From contig NC_057750.1 in assembly GCF_004010195.1 (NCBI RefSeq), positions 1 through 60,859 on the forward strand: a stretch of DNA of 60,859 bases, given 5' to 3'. Positions 10,501 through 22,517 of this stretch are shown piece after piece (positions within the stretch are counted from its first letter, which is position 1; every line of letters begins with the position of its first letter). The position numbers and the translations under genes are program-made. Origin of the DNA: Chiloscyllium plagiosum (lineage: Eukaryota). Under the pieces are notes generated by a model that saw only the letters and a program-made list of their open reading frames with translations, ran no database searches and was not told the DNA's origin.

Positions 10501-13500
10501 GTGAATGTCACTGGTTAAGTCAGCATTTATTTCCCAAGATGTGGAGTAGATGATGGTGACTACTTTCTTGAATCACTGCAGTCCTTGAGGTGTAGGAGCA
10601 CCCACACTGCTGTTCGTGAGGTTACTGTAGTGCATCTTCTAGATGGTACCTGGTGTTATCATTGTGTGTTGGCAGTGATGTGGAAGATAGTGGATGAGTT
10701 GCCAAACAAGTGAGATGCTTTATCCTGGATGGTGGTTCTTGAGTGTTGATGGAGCTGCAGTCATCCAGGAAAGTAGGGACTATTCCATCGCACTCTTGAT
10801 TTGTGCACTGTATATAATAGACAGCATTAAGGAGTTAGCAAAGTGAGTTACTTGTAATAGAACTGCCAGCCTCTGACCTGCTCATTTAGCCACTGTATTT
10901 ATGTATAATTGTTCTGGTCTGTGATAACCCCCTGGATATTTATAGTGCACAGTTCAGTGGAGGTAATGCCATTGAACATCAAAGTGTGATAGGCACTTCT
11001 CAGCCCAAGCTTGGGTGTGATCTAGGTCTTGCTGCATATTTACATGAGCTGCTTCAGTATCCATGATTTGGAGGAGCCGGTGTTGGTCTGGTGTGGACAA
11101 AGTTAAAAATCATACAACATCAGGTTATAGTCCAACAGGTTGAAGCAGCGCTTCGAAAGCTAGTGCCTCCAAATAGACCTGATGGACTATAACCTGGTGT
11201 TGCTTCAGTATTGTCGCCATGGTAAAGAGAATTCAAATGTTCACTGTTATCTGCATGCGGATTATTGTTGTAGGTTCACCAAAGAGACACCATCCTTCAA
11301 AGATGAGCTGGACATTATGAAATTTATCTGTAAGGAGTTTTGGACCAACCTCTTCAGGAAACAGATTGACAACCTACGAACAAACCATCAGGTGAGTGGA
11401 GCCTCATACAAAGTTTTTATTTTGACATTAGCTGGAGAAGGAAGGTTATCAAGATGGAATTGGGTTGTCGTAGAAAAGTGTTTATATGGGGGTGTGTCAC
11501 ACTCCTATTGAGGAATAAGCATTTTATAAAGGGAGGGTTTAGTTCTTTTGGGAGTGAGGCAATTTCTAAATGAAAGGAGTGAGGAGAAATTTTGGCCTTT
11601 TTACCAAGGCATTGGGTGAAATGAACTGGGTGGTGATTTTTTTTTTTAAGTGTCTAGATTAGAGAGGTGCTATAAAAGCACAGCAGGTCAGGCAGCATCC
11701 GAGGAGCAGGAAAATCGATGTTTCGGGCAAAAGCCCTTCATCAGGAATGATGATCTATTCTTTCACAGTTGTGGGCATAGTTGGCCAGGCCAGCATTTAT
11801 TGTCCATCCCTAATTGCCCAGAGGACAGTTAAGAGTCCACCACATTGCAGTGGGTCTGGAGTTGTATGTAGGCCAGACCAGATAAGGATGGAAGTTTCCT
11901 TCCCTAAAGTGAACTTGATGTGTTTTTCCTGACAGTCAACTCAAGGTCATCATTTGACTTTGAATTCCAAATTTTTGTTGAATTCAAATTCCACTATCTA
12001 CCATGGAGCGATTTGAATCAGTGTTCCCAGGATATTACCTGGATCTTTAGATTAACAGTCCAATGATAATACCACTAGGTTGTTATCTCATGATTCATTT
12101 GTGCTTTGTTTCTCTCAGGGAACCTATGTACTTCAGGACAATCGTTTTCGCCTTCTCACTCCAGTCTCCAATGGGAAGCAGTACTTGGAGGAAGCACCAA
12201 AGGTATCGACCCCTTTGATAGGTGTTCCTTCTGGTTATTAAAAGTGTGAAGGAGAAAATATGTTTTGTAGTTGTTGATTACCCCTCCATTTATATAAATG
12301 TGACCATAAAACTTATGACTTCTCCAGCAAGGCTATGCCAATAATTGTGTCTCACTGCTCCACAAATTGTCACAAAATTATAAAATCCCAATTAAACCAC
12401 TAGCCTGATTGACTGCTGTCTAGAACAAAAGCAATTCACACCAGGTTTCATCAGTAACGTAAAAAAACACACTTTATTGTAATGTAACTTTAACGAAAGA
12501 CTAAGGGAAAGATTTCTAATCCATTATTATGTCACTTAAACTATACTACTACAAAAATCACAAATGTATACACACTTCTTCATGATTAAGACAAATGGTT
12601 TGACATACATTATGAGTGATGAAAGAATATAGATAGGATAAAAAGTCCAAATCTCAAAGATGGGTTAAATTGTCTCATAAAGTTTCTTTTGATCTTAGCA
12701 CTGGTGACATGCTGCTCTGTATAAAGTGATGATTGCTGTTTAGTAAGTCATAAGCCATTTGGGAAAATGCACCGCTCAGTTCAAGTGTAAACAGGGATGG
12801 GTAATAAATGTGGGCCTTACCAGCAATGCCAACAGTCGCTGATAGAATAAAGAAAATCACTGTGGGAGCGTTGCACTGATCGGGGAACGTTCCTTGACTG
12901 GACCTGTTAAGTTGATGCCCATCTGCCTTTTCCGGTGAACGTTAATGAATTTGAAGCTCTCTGGGCGTTGTCGGAAGATAAGGTTTCGGATTTGTCGCAG
13001 TGAACTAGCCAATACTTCCTCCATTGTGAAAAAAGATTAAATGAATGTGTACTTTGTGGTGCAACATTCATATGCAAAACAATAATGATTTGAAAAACAA
13101 CAGAGAAAATTATTGTAGGGAGGGTGGAATGTAATTAGACAACTGTGCATCTGTTTAATTATATTCTGAATGCCTGTGTTTCTTTTTTAAGTTCCTAGCA
13201 TTCACCTGTGGGCTCGTAAGAGGGGCTTTATCCAACCTGGGCATCGACAGCACAGTTACTGCAGAGGTTTCAGTAATGCCAGCATGTAAGTGGGATACGA
13301 CTGGAGGGGAGAGGTTGCACTGATTAATGTTCCTATCCCACCATTTCCTTCCATACAATCTCATTGAAAACCTGTTCTCAGAACACTGCTCTGTTGGGGC
13401 ATTGGTCTGTGTCTGCAGTTTACCCACACTGACAACTTTAGTCTGTCATTTCCCCCACATGGAAACAGGACAAGGGCCTGTGATTTCCATAAACGGTGAT

Positions 13501-14646
13501 AGGGCATTAGGCTGCGTCTGATTTCCCCTACGTTATGACGGGATAAGAGTGTGTCTGTGATTCCCCTACATGAGGATGGGAGGGGTGTGTGTCTGTGATT
13601 TCCCCCACACGATGACAGGACAAGGGTGTGTGTCTGTGATTCTGTCCACATTGTGAACTCCTTATTTCAGTTGAACCCCTCTGTGTTGCCACAGCCATAG
13701 ACTGAAGACTCCTTGGTGACAAAATAAGCCAGGGTTGCTAGTGCTATGGTAAAAGTGCCTTTTCGTAGTTGGTAGATAAGTCATGTTGTCAGTAAGTGGT
13801 TTCACCTTGTCCACGTAGGAAGCTATGGCAACAGTGGCTGTAAAATCAGCAGGAAGCCCACTCCTATCACAGATTGCAGTCAGAAAGCAGAGAGTCCTTC
13901 ACAATAGGAATTACATAGCATTTAAAAAAGAAAATAGAGAGTTGTTTAAACAGGGTAATTCCAGGTTACAAGCTAGCACAAACTGAGCAAAAGTGGGCCA
14001 CTGGGTTCTGAAGTATTTTTGGGAAGTGGTGTGTAAAGCCTGCAGGAGCTGGAGACTGTGGCAGGAATCTCCAGCAACACTAGGTGGTGCTCTTACCTAC
14101 TATAATCAGACATTTTCTTATTTCCTTTAGCTGCCTGTTCTTTGGCTCCTGAGGATTGCAGTGAATATTTAGCTAATAGTCATCATCCATTTTGTTCACC
14201 TCATACCCAGCCAGCTCCTTTAGATTAACGTTTTCACACTATCCATCCCAGACACATTCAGGTGTGAGCTAGTACCAGCCATCATTTGTGTTTGACCGTG
14301 AGGCCTCATGCAAAGTAGGCTAACCATGTCACTATCCACCAGACCAGTATGGCCCCGTGTTGATTCCCACTCATTTTCTGCATCCAATGTATATCTTGTG
14401 TGCTTTCTGTCTGTGTGTAGTGCTCTCACTCTCTGCCCTGCCCTGATTTACATAAACATATGAGAAAGGGAGCATGAGCAGGCCACTTGAGTGTGTTCTG
14501 CCATTCATGTTTCCTCAAACTGCGACTTCAAATCCTTGCACCCACCAACCCCATTTTCATTCCCTGCTCTGCTTAGTACGCAGTTTCTATTACTTTATTT
14601 CCTTTGTATTTCAGGTAAATTTCACATTATAATGCAGAAATGCTAG
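7453..14646 (+). CDS. trappc6bl: Trafficking protein particle complex subunit 6 (TRAPPC6B-like / probable TRAPPC6A-lineage), 6 coding exons: join(7453..7533,9152..9219,11274..11391,12119..12202,13192..13285,14615..14646), 158 aa
   Basis: The spliced translation is MGDAVLFELLHLEMVAQVYSEPESGDTEHGKSISTLEGMGFRAGQGLIERFTKETPSFKDELDIMKFICKEFWTNLFRKQIDNLRTNHQGTYVLQDNRFRLLTPVSNGKQYLEEAPKFLAFTCGLVRGALSNLGIDSTVTAEVSVMPACKFHIIMQKC*. It carries the Trs33/TRAPPC6 hallmark motifs (LEGMGFR, KFICK, KQIDNLRTNHQG, LAFTCGL). All introns are GT-AG and the phases are consistent (81+68+118+84+94+32=477 nt). An in-frame upstream ATG sits at 7447. The family call is secure; the A versus B paralogue assignment is less so. 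Confidence 0.93.
7575..7800. repeat. GC-rich minisatellite (~30-bp unit ccccaaatatacccaggcccgggggggtaa) at the start of intron 1
   Basis: About 4 near-perfect units followed by decayed units. Confidence 0.85.
7866..8196 (-). mobile_element. HE1/V-SINE-type SINE (TRAPPC6 intron 1)
   Basis: tRNA-like head and V-domain tgtgggaggaaaccggagcacc. Confidence 0.82.
9152..9219 (+). CDS. trappc6bl: TRAPPC6 coding exon 2 (EHGKSISTLEGMGFRAGQGLIER)
   Basis: Acceptor tgtttctgccaacag|; donor AG|gttagt; 68 nt. Confidence 0.93.
11061..11200. mobile_element. Family C Penelope-derived inverted pair in TRAPPC6 intron 2
   Basis: Arms 11115-11139 / 11178-11202; partial ribozyme cgaaagctagtg; TSD tgcttcagtat 11050-11060 / 11201-11211. 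Confidence 0.7.
11274..11391 (+). CDS. trappc6bl: TRAPPC6 coding exon 3 (FTKETPSFKDELDIMKFICKEFWTNLFRKQIDNLRTNHQ)
   Basis: Acceptor ttgttgtag|; donor CAG|gtgagt; 118 nt; lies within ORF 11182..11511. Confidence 0.96.
11649..11750 (-). mobile_element. Family A element in TRAPPC6 intron 3
   Basis: Shared cagcaggtcaggcagcatcc core plus hammerhead. Confidence 0.7.
11713..11748 (-). ncRNA. Minimal type-I hammerhead ribozyme (family A variant, AUC triplet), intron 3, antisense
   Basis: Reverse complement attc-CTGATGA-agggc-tttt-gccc-GAAACATC-gatt. Confidence 0.6.
12119..12202 (+). CDS. trappc6bl: TRAPPC6 coding exon 4 (GTYVLQDNRFRLLTPVSNGKQYLEEAPK)
   Basis: Acceptor tttgtttctctcag|; donor AAG|gtatcg; 84 nt. 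Confidence 0.94.
13192..13285 (+). CDS. trappc6bl: TRAPPC6 coding exon 5 (FLAFTCGLVRGALSNLGIDSTVTAEVSVMPA)
   Basis: Acceptor tttcttttttaag|; donor T|gtaagt; 94 nt. Confidence 0.94.
13400..13650. repeat. ~39-bp minisatellite (gtgtgtctgtgatttcccccacacgatgacaggacaagg) in intron 5
   Basis: About 6 diverged units. Confidence 0.75.
14615..14646 (+). CDS. trappc6bl: TRAPPC6 coding exon 6 (CKFHIIMQKC*)
   Basis: Acceptor cctttgtatttcag|; completes the Cys codon; TAG stop at 14644-14646. Confidence 0.9.
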
Positions 14647-16687
14647 GACCGTGATGTCCCTGTTGGGGTTTGAAGAACGCAGAGATGAGAGTGAAGCTGA
14701 AACTTCGACAGAAAGGAGAACTTATGCCTTGCCCTCTCTGTTATTGTGTGTTCCAGGAGATGCATTAGTTGTTTCTCAATGCGTTAGTGATGGGAATTAG
14801 AATCAGCCAAAGTTTCTGAACTGGTGAAGGTTAAACACTGGGCACTTGCTTGGACTGGCCACGTTTGGGATCACCATGAAATTGCAGTGTGTTACTGAAG
14901 TATGATCTCACGGGAAATTTTTACTGAGCATTTGTTCTCTGAAGGTTCCGTCTCTTCCTTGTCTATCCATCTCAGTCCACTACATATTTATGCATAGATG
15001 GGGCGATGAATGACCTGCCTGCACTGGATTCAAAAAGATGGAATCTTTTTGGACGCCACCATTGCTTTTCCATTTCAAAATATAGTGACAATTCGTCCTC
15101 GTTTTGTTTGGCATTCTCTCTTTAACCAGTTAGAGCATGTGAGATGGAGTCTGTTGTGGTTTCTCGGACTCTGTGTGAATGCTGCCCTGATGCTTCACAA
15201 GATATGGGAGTAGCCTTAGACAGTCCAGTTATGTTCTGAAGGTCATAGCTTGTGACATGTTTTATGTGATCATCTCAAACATGTGGGCTTATGGCAGGTC
15301 TGGGGCCATCAGGTGAGGTGTAAATGCTTTGCAGGGAGGATTGTAGTTGGGGTCATTTTGTTTAGTCACTGACCTTCCAATTTGGCCCTGCTTTCATTAT
15401 TGATGCAACAGATTGAAAAGCCAGGAAAGCAGCAGGACCTGGATCTACACTTTGGGGATGTGTTTGAAGTTTTAAACCAAAAAATGGTCACATCCAAAAA
15501 AGGGAGCCATTAGTAAGTTGTACCAAAGGAGCCCAAGTACTTTGCTTATTTTGTTTTTCCATTGTGTGAGTGATTTACTCAATGCCAATGGCTCTTCACC
15601 TCCCACTACCATTCTGTTTTGTCTGATTTTCTACTGAAAGCAGTCACTGTATGAGTTCATGCACCTGCCAAGTTTTTGATTAAATGCATCTCCATAAAGT
15701 GAGCCACAGATTGTTGTGAATGATTTATTGTACAAGTGAAAAAAATTGCAACTTCCAAATGATGTAGAGACTTGAATGATATCTTTATTGAGAATTTCTT
15801 AATGCTGATCAACAAAGCAAGATCCCATGATCAGTGCTATCATGAATGGATGAATTGGTTGTTTGGTGGTGATATGACTGCCAAGACCTAGGAAATGGCA
15901 TTCTAGTTGAACAGTACTCTTGAACTTTTAACACAACACCTGCCTTAACAGTGCGGCGCTCCTTCAGCACTCGCCCTCCAACAGCACACTCTTAGTCCTA
16001 CTCCATCTGTGATTCTTTCTGATCTCAAGTGTTCTGCCCTTACCTGACTGACAGTTCACCAATGATTGAATTGTCTGCCTTGCTCACATGAAGAAACGCC
16101 ACTTTCATTCAAAGCTTTGTATAGGATAGATTAGTGTGTTCATCAGAGGACAGGAGGGACAATTGTATGGTCAAATTATTTGTGAAGAGAGATGAGGAGA
16201 GAAATCCGAGTAAAGGTTTCAGGTTGAATGATCCCTCCATCTGATGCTGCCAGACCTGCTTAGCTTTTTCAGCAATTTCTGTTTTTACTTTGGGTCTGGA
16301 ATCCTGTTTAGCTCAGACCAGATCAGGATGGTAGCTTTCACTCCCTGCAGGGCATGATTGAACTAGATGGACTTGTACAATATTCAGTGATACTGTCATG
16401 ATTACTAAAACTGAGAGTTTTCAATTCTAGATTTTTATCAAATTAATCTAAATATCACCTTTTGCTGTGGTGAGATTTGAACCTGTTTCCACGGAGCATT
16501 AGCCTGGATCCCTGACCTATGAACCCAGTCGTTTTGCCACTGCCTCTGATATTTAGAAGTCTTGTCCTGCTATTTATTTCCATATATTCTTAATCACCAT
16601 CTTGTGAAGAATGATTTATTTTGCTTGTTGGAAAATATTAGTGATCCATCGCCAGATCATAGCAACACGACAGTTGGAGGAAGAGCG

Positions 16688-16843
16688 CCTCCCCCTAAGT
16701 CCCTCCTCCCTACCTTTTATCTTAGCCTGCTGGACACACTTTCCTCATTCCTGAAGAAGGGCTTGTGCCCGAAACGTCGATTCTCCTCTTTCTTGGATGC
16801 TGCCTGACTTGCTGCGCTTTTCCAGCAACGCATTTTCAGCTCT
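16688..16843 (+). mobile_element. Family A pLTR with upstream pyrimidine-rich extension (probable Penelope 3' end)
   Basis: cctaccttttatcttagcctgctggacacactttcctca precedes the hammerhead and the gatgctgcctgac body. Confidence 0.65.
16747..16782 (+). ncRNA. Minimal type-I hammerhead ribozyme (family A), in the probable TRAPPC6 3' UTR
   Basis: attc-CTGAAGA-agggc-ttgt-gccc-GAAACGTC-gatt. Confidence 0.72.
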
Positions 16844-17385
16844 AATATAGAAGCTAATCTGTCTCTGAAATCTATGCCTTCTTATTCTGTAACATGCTTA
16901 CAGTAGGCAAAGCAAAGACTTTGTGCTTGATTTTTATGGAGTTGGAATACAACAAACCTTTTTAAAATACTTGGCAGGACCCAGATGTAGAAGACCTGGC
17001 CCCATTTCCAACAGATCTATTGTATTGGTGGGAGAAAGGCTGTAATTGACACCTGGAGGGAAACCCAAACTCAGGTCTAAATGCAAATGGCTCTGCTGAG
17101 TTCTAACAGAAGTTGCAAGTTCTTTAACCTGTTTTGAGAATCAGAAACTAATTGTTCATAGTTTGTATTCCCCAAGTACTATCAGTATTTCACTATGAAT
17201 GTTTGGCCATGTTTTGAAAGCTGTAAGTATCTCAATTGGGGGATCTGACATCACTAATTTACAGTTTAAAGAGGCTATTAAAGGATTAACTGTCCTTGAA
17301 GTGGGGCCTGAATAGAAATTTGTTTTAATAAGGGATTAGCCATTGATATTTGAAAGCTTTAAAAAGATTTTATGAATGTTTGTGA

Positions 17386-17391
17386 AATAAA
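17386..17391 (+). terminator. Candidate polyadenylation signal for TRAPPC6
   Basis: AATAAA followed by GT-rich ttgtgttgg, ~2.7 kb after the stop codon. Confidence 0.45.
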
Positions 17392-18437
17392 AACTATTGT
17401 GTTGGAATGAGAGCTGTACTAAATTGTTAGAGACTTTGTTTTCGTCTCCACGTGGCTGGTGAGGTGAGCCCATGGTGAGTACTGGGTTAATGACATAGAG
17501 GGCATGAAAGGTCAAAAGGTTAAGGGAATGGTTGGTGGGGGTTTGGGTGGAAGTAATGAGTTAATATGGAGGATATTAGGGGAAAGGTAAGAATTAGAGA
17601 GCCTAAAAGTTTCTAAAACAACCTATGTAAAGTCCTAGTGAAAGGAGGTGAAGTCCGTTTTGAAACCCAGTTGCCTTATGACTACCCACACTCTACACCC
17701 ATGTCAGTGGGTCAGATTCTATCCCTATCTTAAGGCCAGCTTGATTAAGTATGATGAAAGCATTATCATACACACTGTCTTGAAAGTCTGTTAAAGGAAC
17801 CACAAGGAAGATACTGTTACTGCATCTTGATTTGTTTGATTAATACTTCACTTAATTGAACCTTAAGGCTTTGATTGGTTTTCAGTTTTCAGAGAATTCA
17901 ACCATGACTCTTTCAGAACCTCAGCATTTGTACTGCTTGCTCGCAGACTTTACTGTGTTTTAATTTTAAATGCATTTATGTATCACTTCAGTGGCATCTC
18001 CAAGTGCTTCAAATCAAATTAATTACTTGGAGCTGTAGTGACTTGTTATTTATGAAAAGACTGAGACAGATTAGATTTGGCTATTATTCTTCTCATTCTT
18101 AATTCACTTGCTAACACTATGTAGGCCAAGTCCTTTGGTCACTGCAGCAGCTATTTCACACAAGTGACCTGGAATGATTAATAAATATTTGGTTATCATT
18201 GGTAATGTTGAACATGTAATTTTCTTTATTCATTTGGGGATCTGAATGTCACTGGTTGGGCCAACCTTTATTGCCCTTGAGGAGGTGGTGGTAATGATAA
18301 TATAACTGTCCTCTTCAATAATGACAGCAGGATATTAAACATCCACCTGAACCACCAGAATCTCCATTTTCGACCGTGAAAGGATGGAAACGCTAACAAT
18401 GCTATCACACTGCAAAGCAATGTGAACCTTGATTATC

Positions 18438-18510
18438 TGTACACAGATCTCTGAAAGTTGCCTGTACGCAGATCTCTGAAAGTTGTGTACACAGATCTCT
18501 GAAAGTTGCC
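18438..18510. repeat. Three tandem copies of tgtacacagatctctgaaagttg (CR1-derived)
   Basis: Direct observation. Confidence 0.8.
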
Positions 18511-19251
18511 ACCCAGGTAAATAGTGCGGTGGCTACCAGAATCTCACATGACTATAATAAGTTGAGAATTCAGAAGGAGGACCACCCTCACAGGTTCTGG
18601 ACTTTGATAAGGATGGTGAAGTTGAGTGAAATTAGGCCGCAATCATTTGGGGAACCTCAAATCTAACTCTGTCAGTGATTCACGTTGACAGCAGTAACTG
18701 CAACACTGCCCCCTTTGCTGAGCATAAAATATTGGCCACGTAGGACAGGAGAATTGCACAATATGGCGCCTCTCTCACGCGACTGCTTCCAAGTGAGCTA
18801 CTTACCCATTTGTCTGATCTTTACGCCATCTACACTTTTTCCATAAAATTATCTGATTAAAATGATTTTCATCAGATAAAAGAAAGCTGTTTGCGAAGCA
18901 GCAGCATCGTTTATTTAAGGAGTGTATAAGTGTTGAAAATTGCATCTACATTATGGATTCTATGAATGACAGGCCATTCGGTCTAAATAGCCTAGTTTCC
19001 AGTGGTCAGAGGCAGTGATGTAGTGATAGTTTTGATAGCCTGGTAATCCAAATCGCAAGGTGAATGTTGTGACAATTTTGGGTTCAAATCCCATTATGGC
19101 AAATAGTGAAATTTGAATTCATCAGGAAGTTAGCTTAATGGTGACCGTGTAACCACTGCCACTTGTCATCAAAATTGTTTTGCCTCAGTGTCTTTTAAGG
19201 AAGGAAATCTGCCATCCTTCCTTGATCTGGTCTGTAGTTGACTCTAGATCA

Positions 19252-19343
19252 AGGGAGGCGCAGTAGTAGTTTGGCGCACTGACCTTTACACCGCTGAGGC
19301 CAAACGCCAGCTCGCAGATACCTCCTCCTACCGTCCCCTGGAC
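19252..19343 (+). mobile_element. 92-bp internal Penelope RT-region fragment with 20-bp TSD
   Basis: Translates KGGAVVVWRTDLYTAEAKRQLADTSSYRPLD; TSD ctgtagttgactctagatca 19232-19251 / 19344-19363. Confidence 0.7.
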
Positions 19344-20284
19344 CTGTAGTTGACTCTAGATCACATCAATGTGGTTGATTTGTAACCACTATCTGGGCAA
19401 TTAGGGATGGCCGATAAATGCTGACTTAGCCAGCTACGCCCATGTCGTGTACAAATTAAATTTAAAAATTCTCTTATACAAAATGTCCTTCAATTTCAAA
19501 AACTGGTCACTTTTCCATTTAATGGGTTGCAGGAATCTGAGATTCATCACGTTGCCATAATGCTATAATATTTCCTGCCAAACTTTTTGCCTTTCTAGGC
19601 ATCTCTAATCCTATACTTCCAAGCTATTTCAAGAACCTCACTAACTACAACTCCTACATCATTTAAAAACAATAGAAGGAATCGAAGGATTTTAGAACCT
19701 AAACTGTAATAAATGATTTGTCACTAATGTTGACCTTGATAAAACAAAGACGTCTGATGCAGAGATTACACAAAAAAGAATAATTCCACTGGGATTGTGA
19801 GATAGTTTGGAGTGGGTTCAGTTGGTAGGATTTCTCTTGGATCAAGTGCTGTTATTGGTGAGCTTTAGTTAAAGCATGGATTCATGGTGTTACATGACCC
19901 AGAAACCTGTTAATATCAAACTTGCAGAAAGGTCCAACCTCACTTCTTTCAAATATTCCTGTCTCCTGCAGTAGGCTGAAAAACCCAAGCTTGCAGTGTC
20001 CTTAGCTCCAATTGATTTGAACTTGACTTTTCTTGATTTGAACTTTGCTGTTCTTGTTCACCTTGGAACCTAACCCTTTCCTCCTGCATGTTCAAACAGG
20101 TGAAGAAAACAGGCTTTACATTCATTTGTTTATTTTACATTGTAGCTTTAGTTTTAATAGCAGATAACTGAATATTGCACCCCATTGTGTTTGATTTGAT
20201 TTATTGTCATGTACCTAAATACAGTAAAAAGTTTTGTTTTGCTGGCAGTACAGGCAGATCACAACATACAAGGATGTACAGATC

Positions 20285-21058
20285 ACAGGCTGTGAGGGAC
20301 TGCATTTTGGAAATGCAAATCAGAGCAGGAGTTATATACTTAATGGTATGGTCCTGGGGAGTGTTGCTGAACAAAGAGACCTTGGAGTGCGGGTTCATAG
20401 TTACTTTAAAAGTAGAGTCACAGTAGATAAGATAGTGAAGAAGACATTTGGTATGCTTTCCTTTATTGGTCAGAGTATTGAGTATAGGAGTTGGGAGGTC
20501 ATGTTGCGGCTGTTGGTTAGGCCACTGTTGGAATATTGCGTGCAATTCTGGTCTTCCTATTGAAAGGAGATTGTGAAACTTGAAAGGGTTCAGAAAAGAT
20601 TTAAGGATGTTGCCAGGGTTGGACGATTTGAGCTAGAGGGAGAGGCTGAATAGACTGGGGCTGTTTTCCCTGGAGCGTCGGAGGCTGGGGGGTGTGACTC
20701 TATAGAGGTTTATAAAATTATGAGGGGTGTGGGTAGAGTAAATAGACAAGGTATTTCCCTGTGTGTGGGGGAATCCAGAACTAGAGGGCATAGGTTTAGT
20801 GTGAGAGGGGAAAGATATAATAGAGACCTAAGGGCCAACTTTTTCATGCAAAGAGTGGTGCGTGTATGGAATGAGCTGCCAGAGGAAGTGGTGGAGTCTG
20901 GTACAATTGCAGCATTTAAAAGGCACCTGGATGGATATATGAACAGGAAGGGTTTAAAGAGATATGAGCTAAGTGCTGGCAAATGGGACTATATTAGGTT
21001 AGGATATCTGGTCAGCATGGACAAAGGGTCTGTTTCCGTGCTATACAGCTCTAGGACT
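20285..21058 (+). mobile_element. CR1 LINE 3' fragment
   Basis: LVRPLLEYCVQFWS; RTRGHRF..FFMQRVVRVWNELPEEVVE. Confidence 0.85.
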
Positions 21059-21059
21059 G

Positions 21060-21690
21060 AACAGAGCGAGGCAATGTTACAGCTGCATTGAGGGGTACAA
21101 AAGCAGGATCCAGGTTTGAGTTGAAATTTGAGAATTCCGTTCAGCATTCTGCAATAGTAGGAAGAAACTGTTCTTGAATTTGTTGCATGTGTGTTTAAGC
21201 TTGTGTATCTTCTGCCTGATTGAAGAGGTTGGAAGAGATTATAACTGGAGTGGGAGGGATCTTTGATGACACTGGCTGCCTTTCCATGACAACAAGAAGT
21301 GTAGATGGAGTCAATGGAGGGGAGGTTGACTTGTGTGATGGTCTGGGCTATATTCACAACTTTCTGTAGTTTCCTATGGTCCTGGGCAGCACAATTGCTG
21401 TATCGAGCCGTGATGCTTCCGGAAAGAAATGATTTTTATGGTGCATCTGGAAGTGTTGGTGAGGGTCCCTATGGATGTGCCAAATTTCCTAAGCCTCCTG
21501 AGGAAGAAGAGTCATTGTGCCTATTTGACCGTTGCCCAGGACACATTGTTGGTGATTGTCACTCCTAGAAACTTGATGCTCTCAACCCTTCCACCTCAGC
21601 CCCATTGATATAGATAGGAACATGTCCTCCTCCTTTCTTCTTAAAGTCGATGGTCAGCTCTTTAGTTTTGCTGTCATTGAGAGAGATTGT
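21060..21690 (-). mobile_element. Rex1/Babar-like LINE RT fragment (3' end at ~20190-20284, split by CR1)
   Basis: KTKELTIDFKKKGGGHVPIYINGAEVE; LPSIDSIYTSCC..KAASVIKDPSH. Confidence 0.7.
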
Positions 21691-21997
21691 TATCTTTGTA
21701 CTGTCTCTTGCTGACTCATTCTGCATTACCAAAACTGAGAATCTAGCAAGTCTGTTGAAGCACTTTTCAAAGGATAGGCTGCATTTTGAAGGGATAGTCA
21801 TTAATAACACCATGAATTCTGACTTTGCCTCCCAGACATTCACAGGAGAAATAGAATTGTTACAGAGAAAGCTATTCAAGTTTAAGTGAAAGAAATGGAT
21901 TTTAGATTCTTGACATGTTTCAAATCCTGATGCCATTAAAGAATGTTGACAGAAACAATGAGGCTGGCTCACATTATATACATTGTTATATATTTTC

Positions 21998-22014
21998 AAT
22001 AAACAATAAATAAA
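21998..22014 (+). terminator. Cluster of three AATAAA signals (possible distal poly(A) site)
   Basis: aataaacaataaataaa followed by T/G-rich sequence. Confidence 0.3.
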
Positions 22015-22517
22015 CCTTTTGAATAATGTGCTTTTCTGGATGCTCTGGACAATAAATATGGCAAATATCTTAATGATCAGCTGAAATGAGTTGAGTTGAA
22101 ATTTATTGAGGAAAGGTAATGCTGCAAATGGCGATGAAAGTTTATCAAATTGTTTGCATTAAAAAGCCACACAACCACACTCTCTTCAAAGCCTATAGCT
22201 TTGCAGATGAATACTTGGCTAAGCTTGAAAGAAAAGGGTTCTGATTATATCACAGATACTTATATAACCAGCTTCTTGGTACATATTAAAGCACGTTACA
22301 ATCACTACTGTTCTTAAGTGTCATAACTGCAAATTCAACCACCAGTGCAAACAAATTTGAGCTGAATGGTTAGCTAACATATAGTTGAGAAAGTCGGTCG
22401 ATAAAGTATTTTGGTCTAGGCACTGGGCAAACTGTCTGCTCTTCCTGAACAAATTTGACATCTTATTAAAATAATGATATCTCCTACATTGCACCAATAC
22501 CTCAATATTCAACCCCC

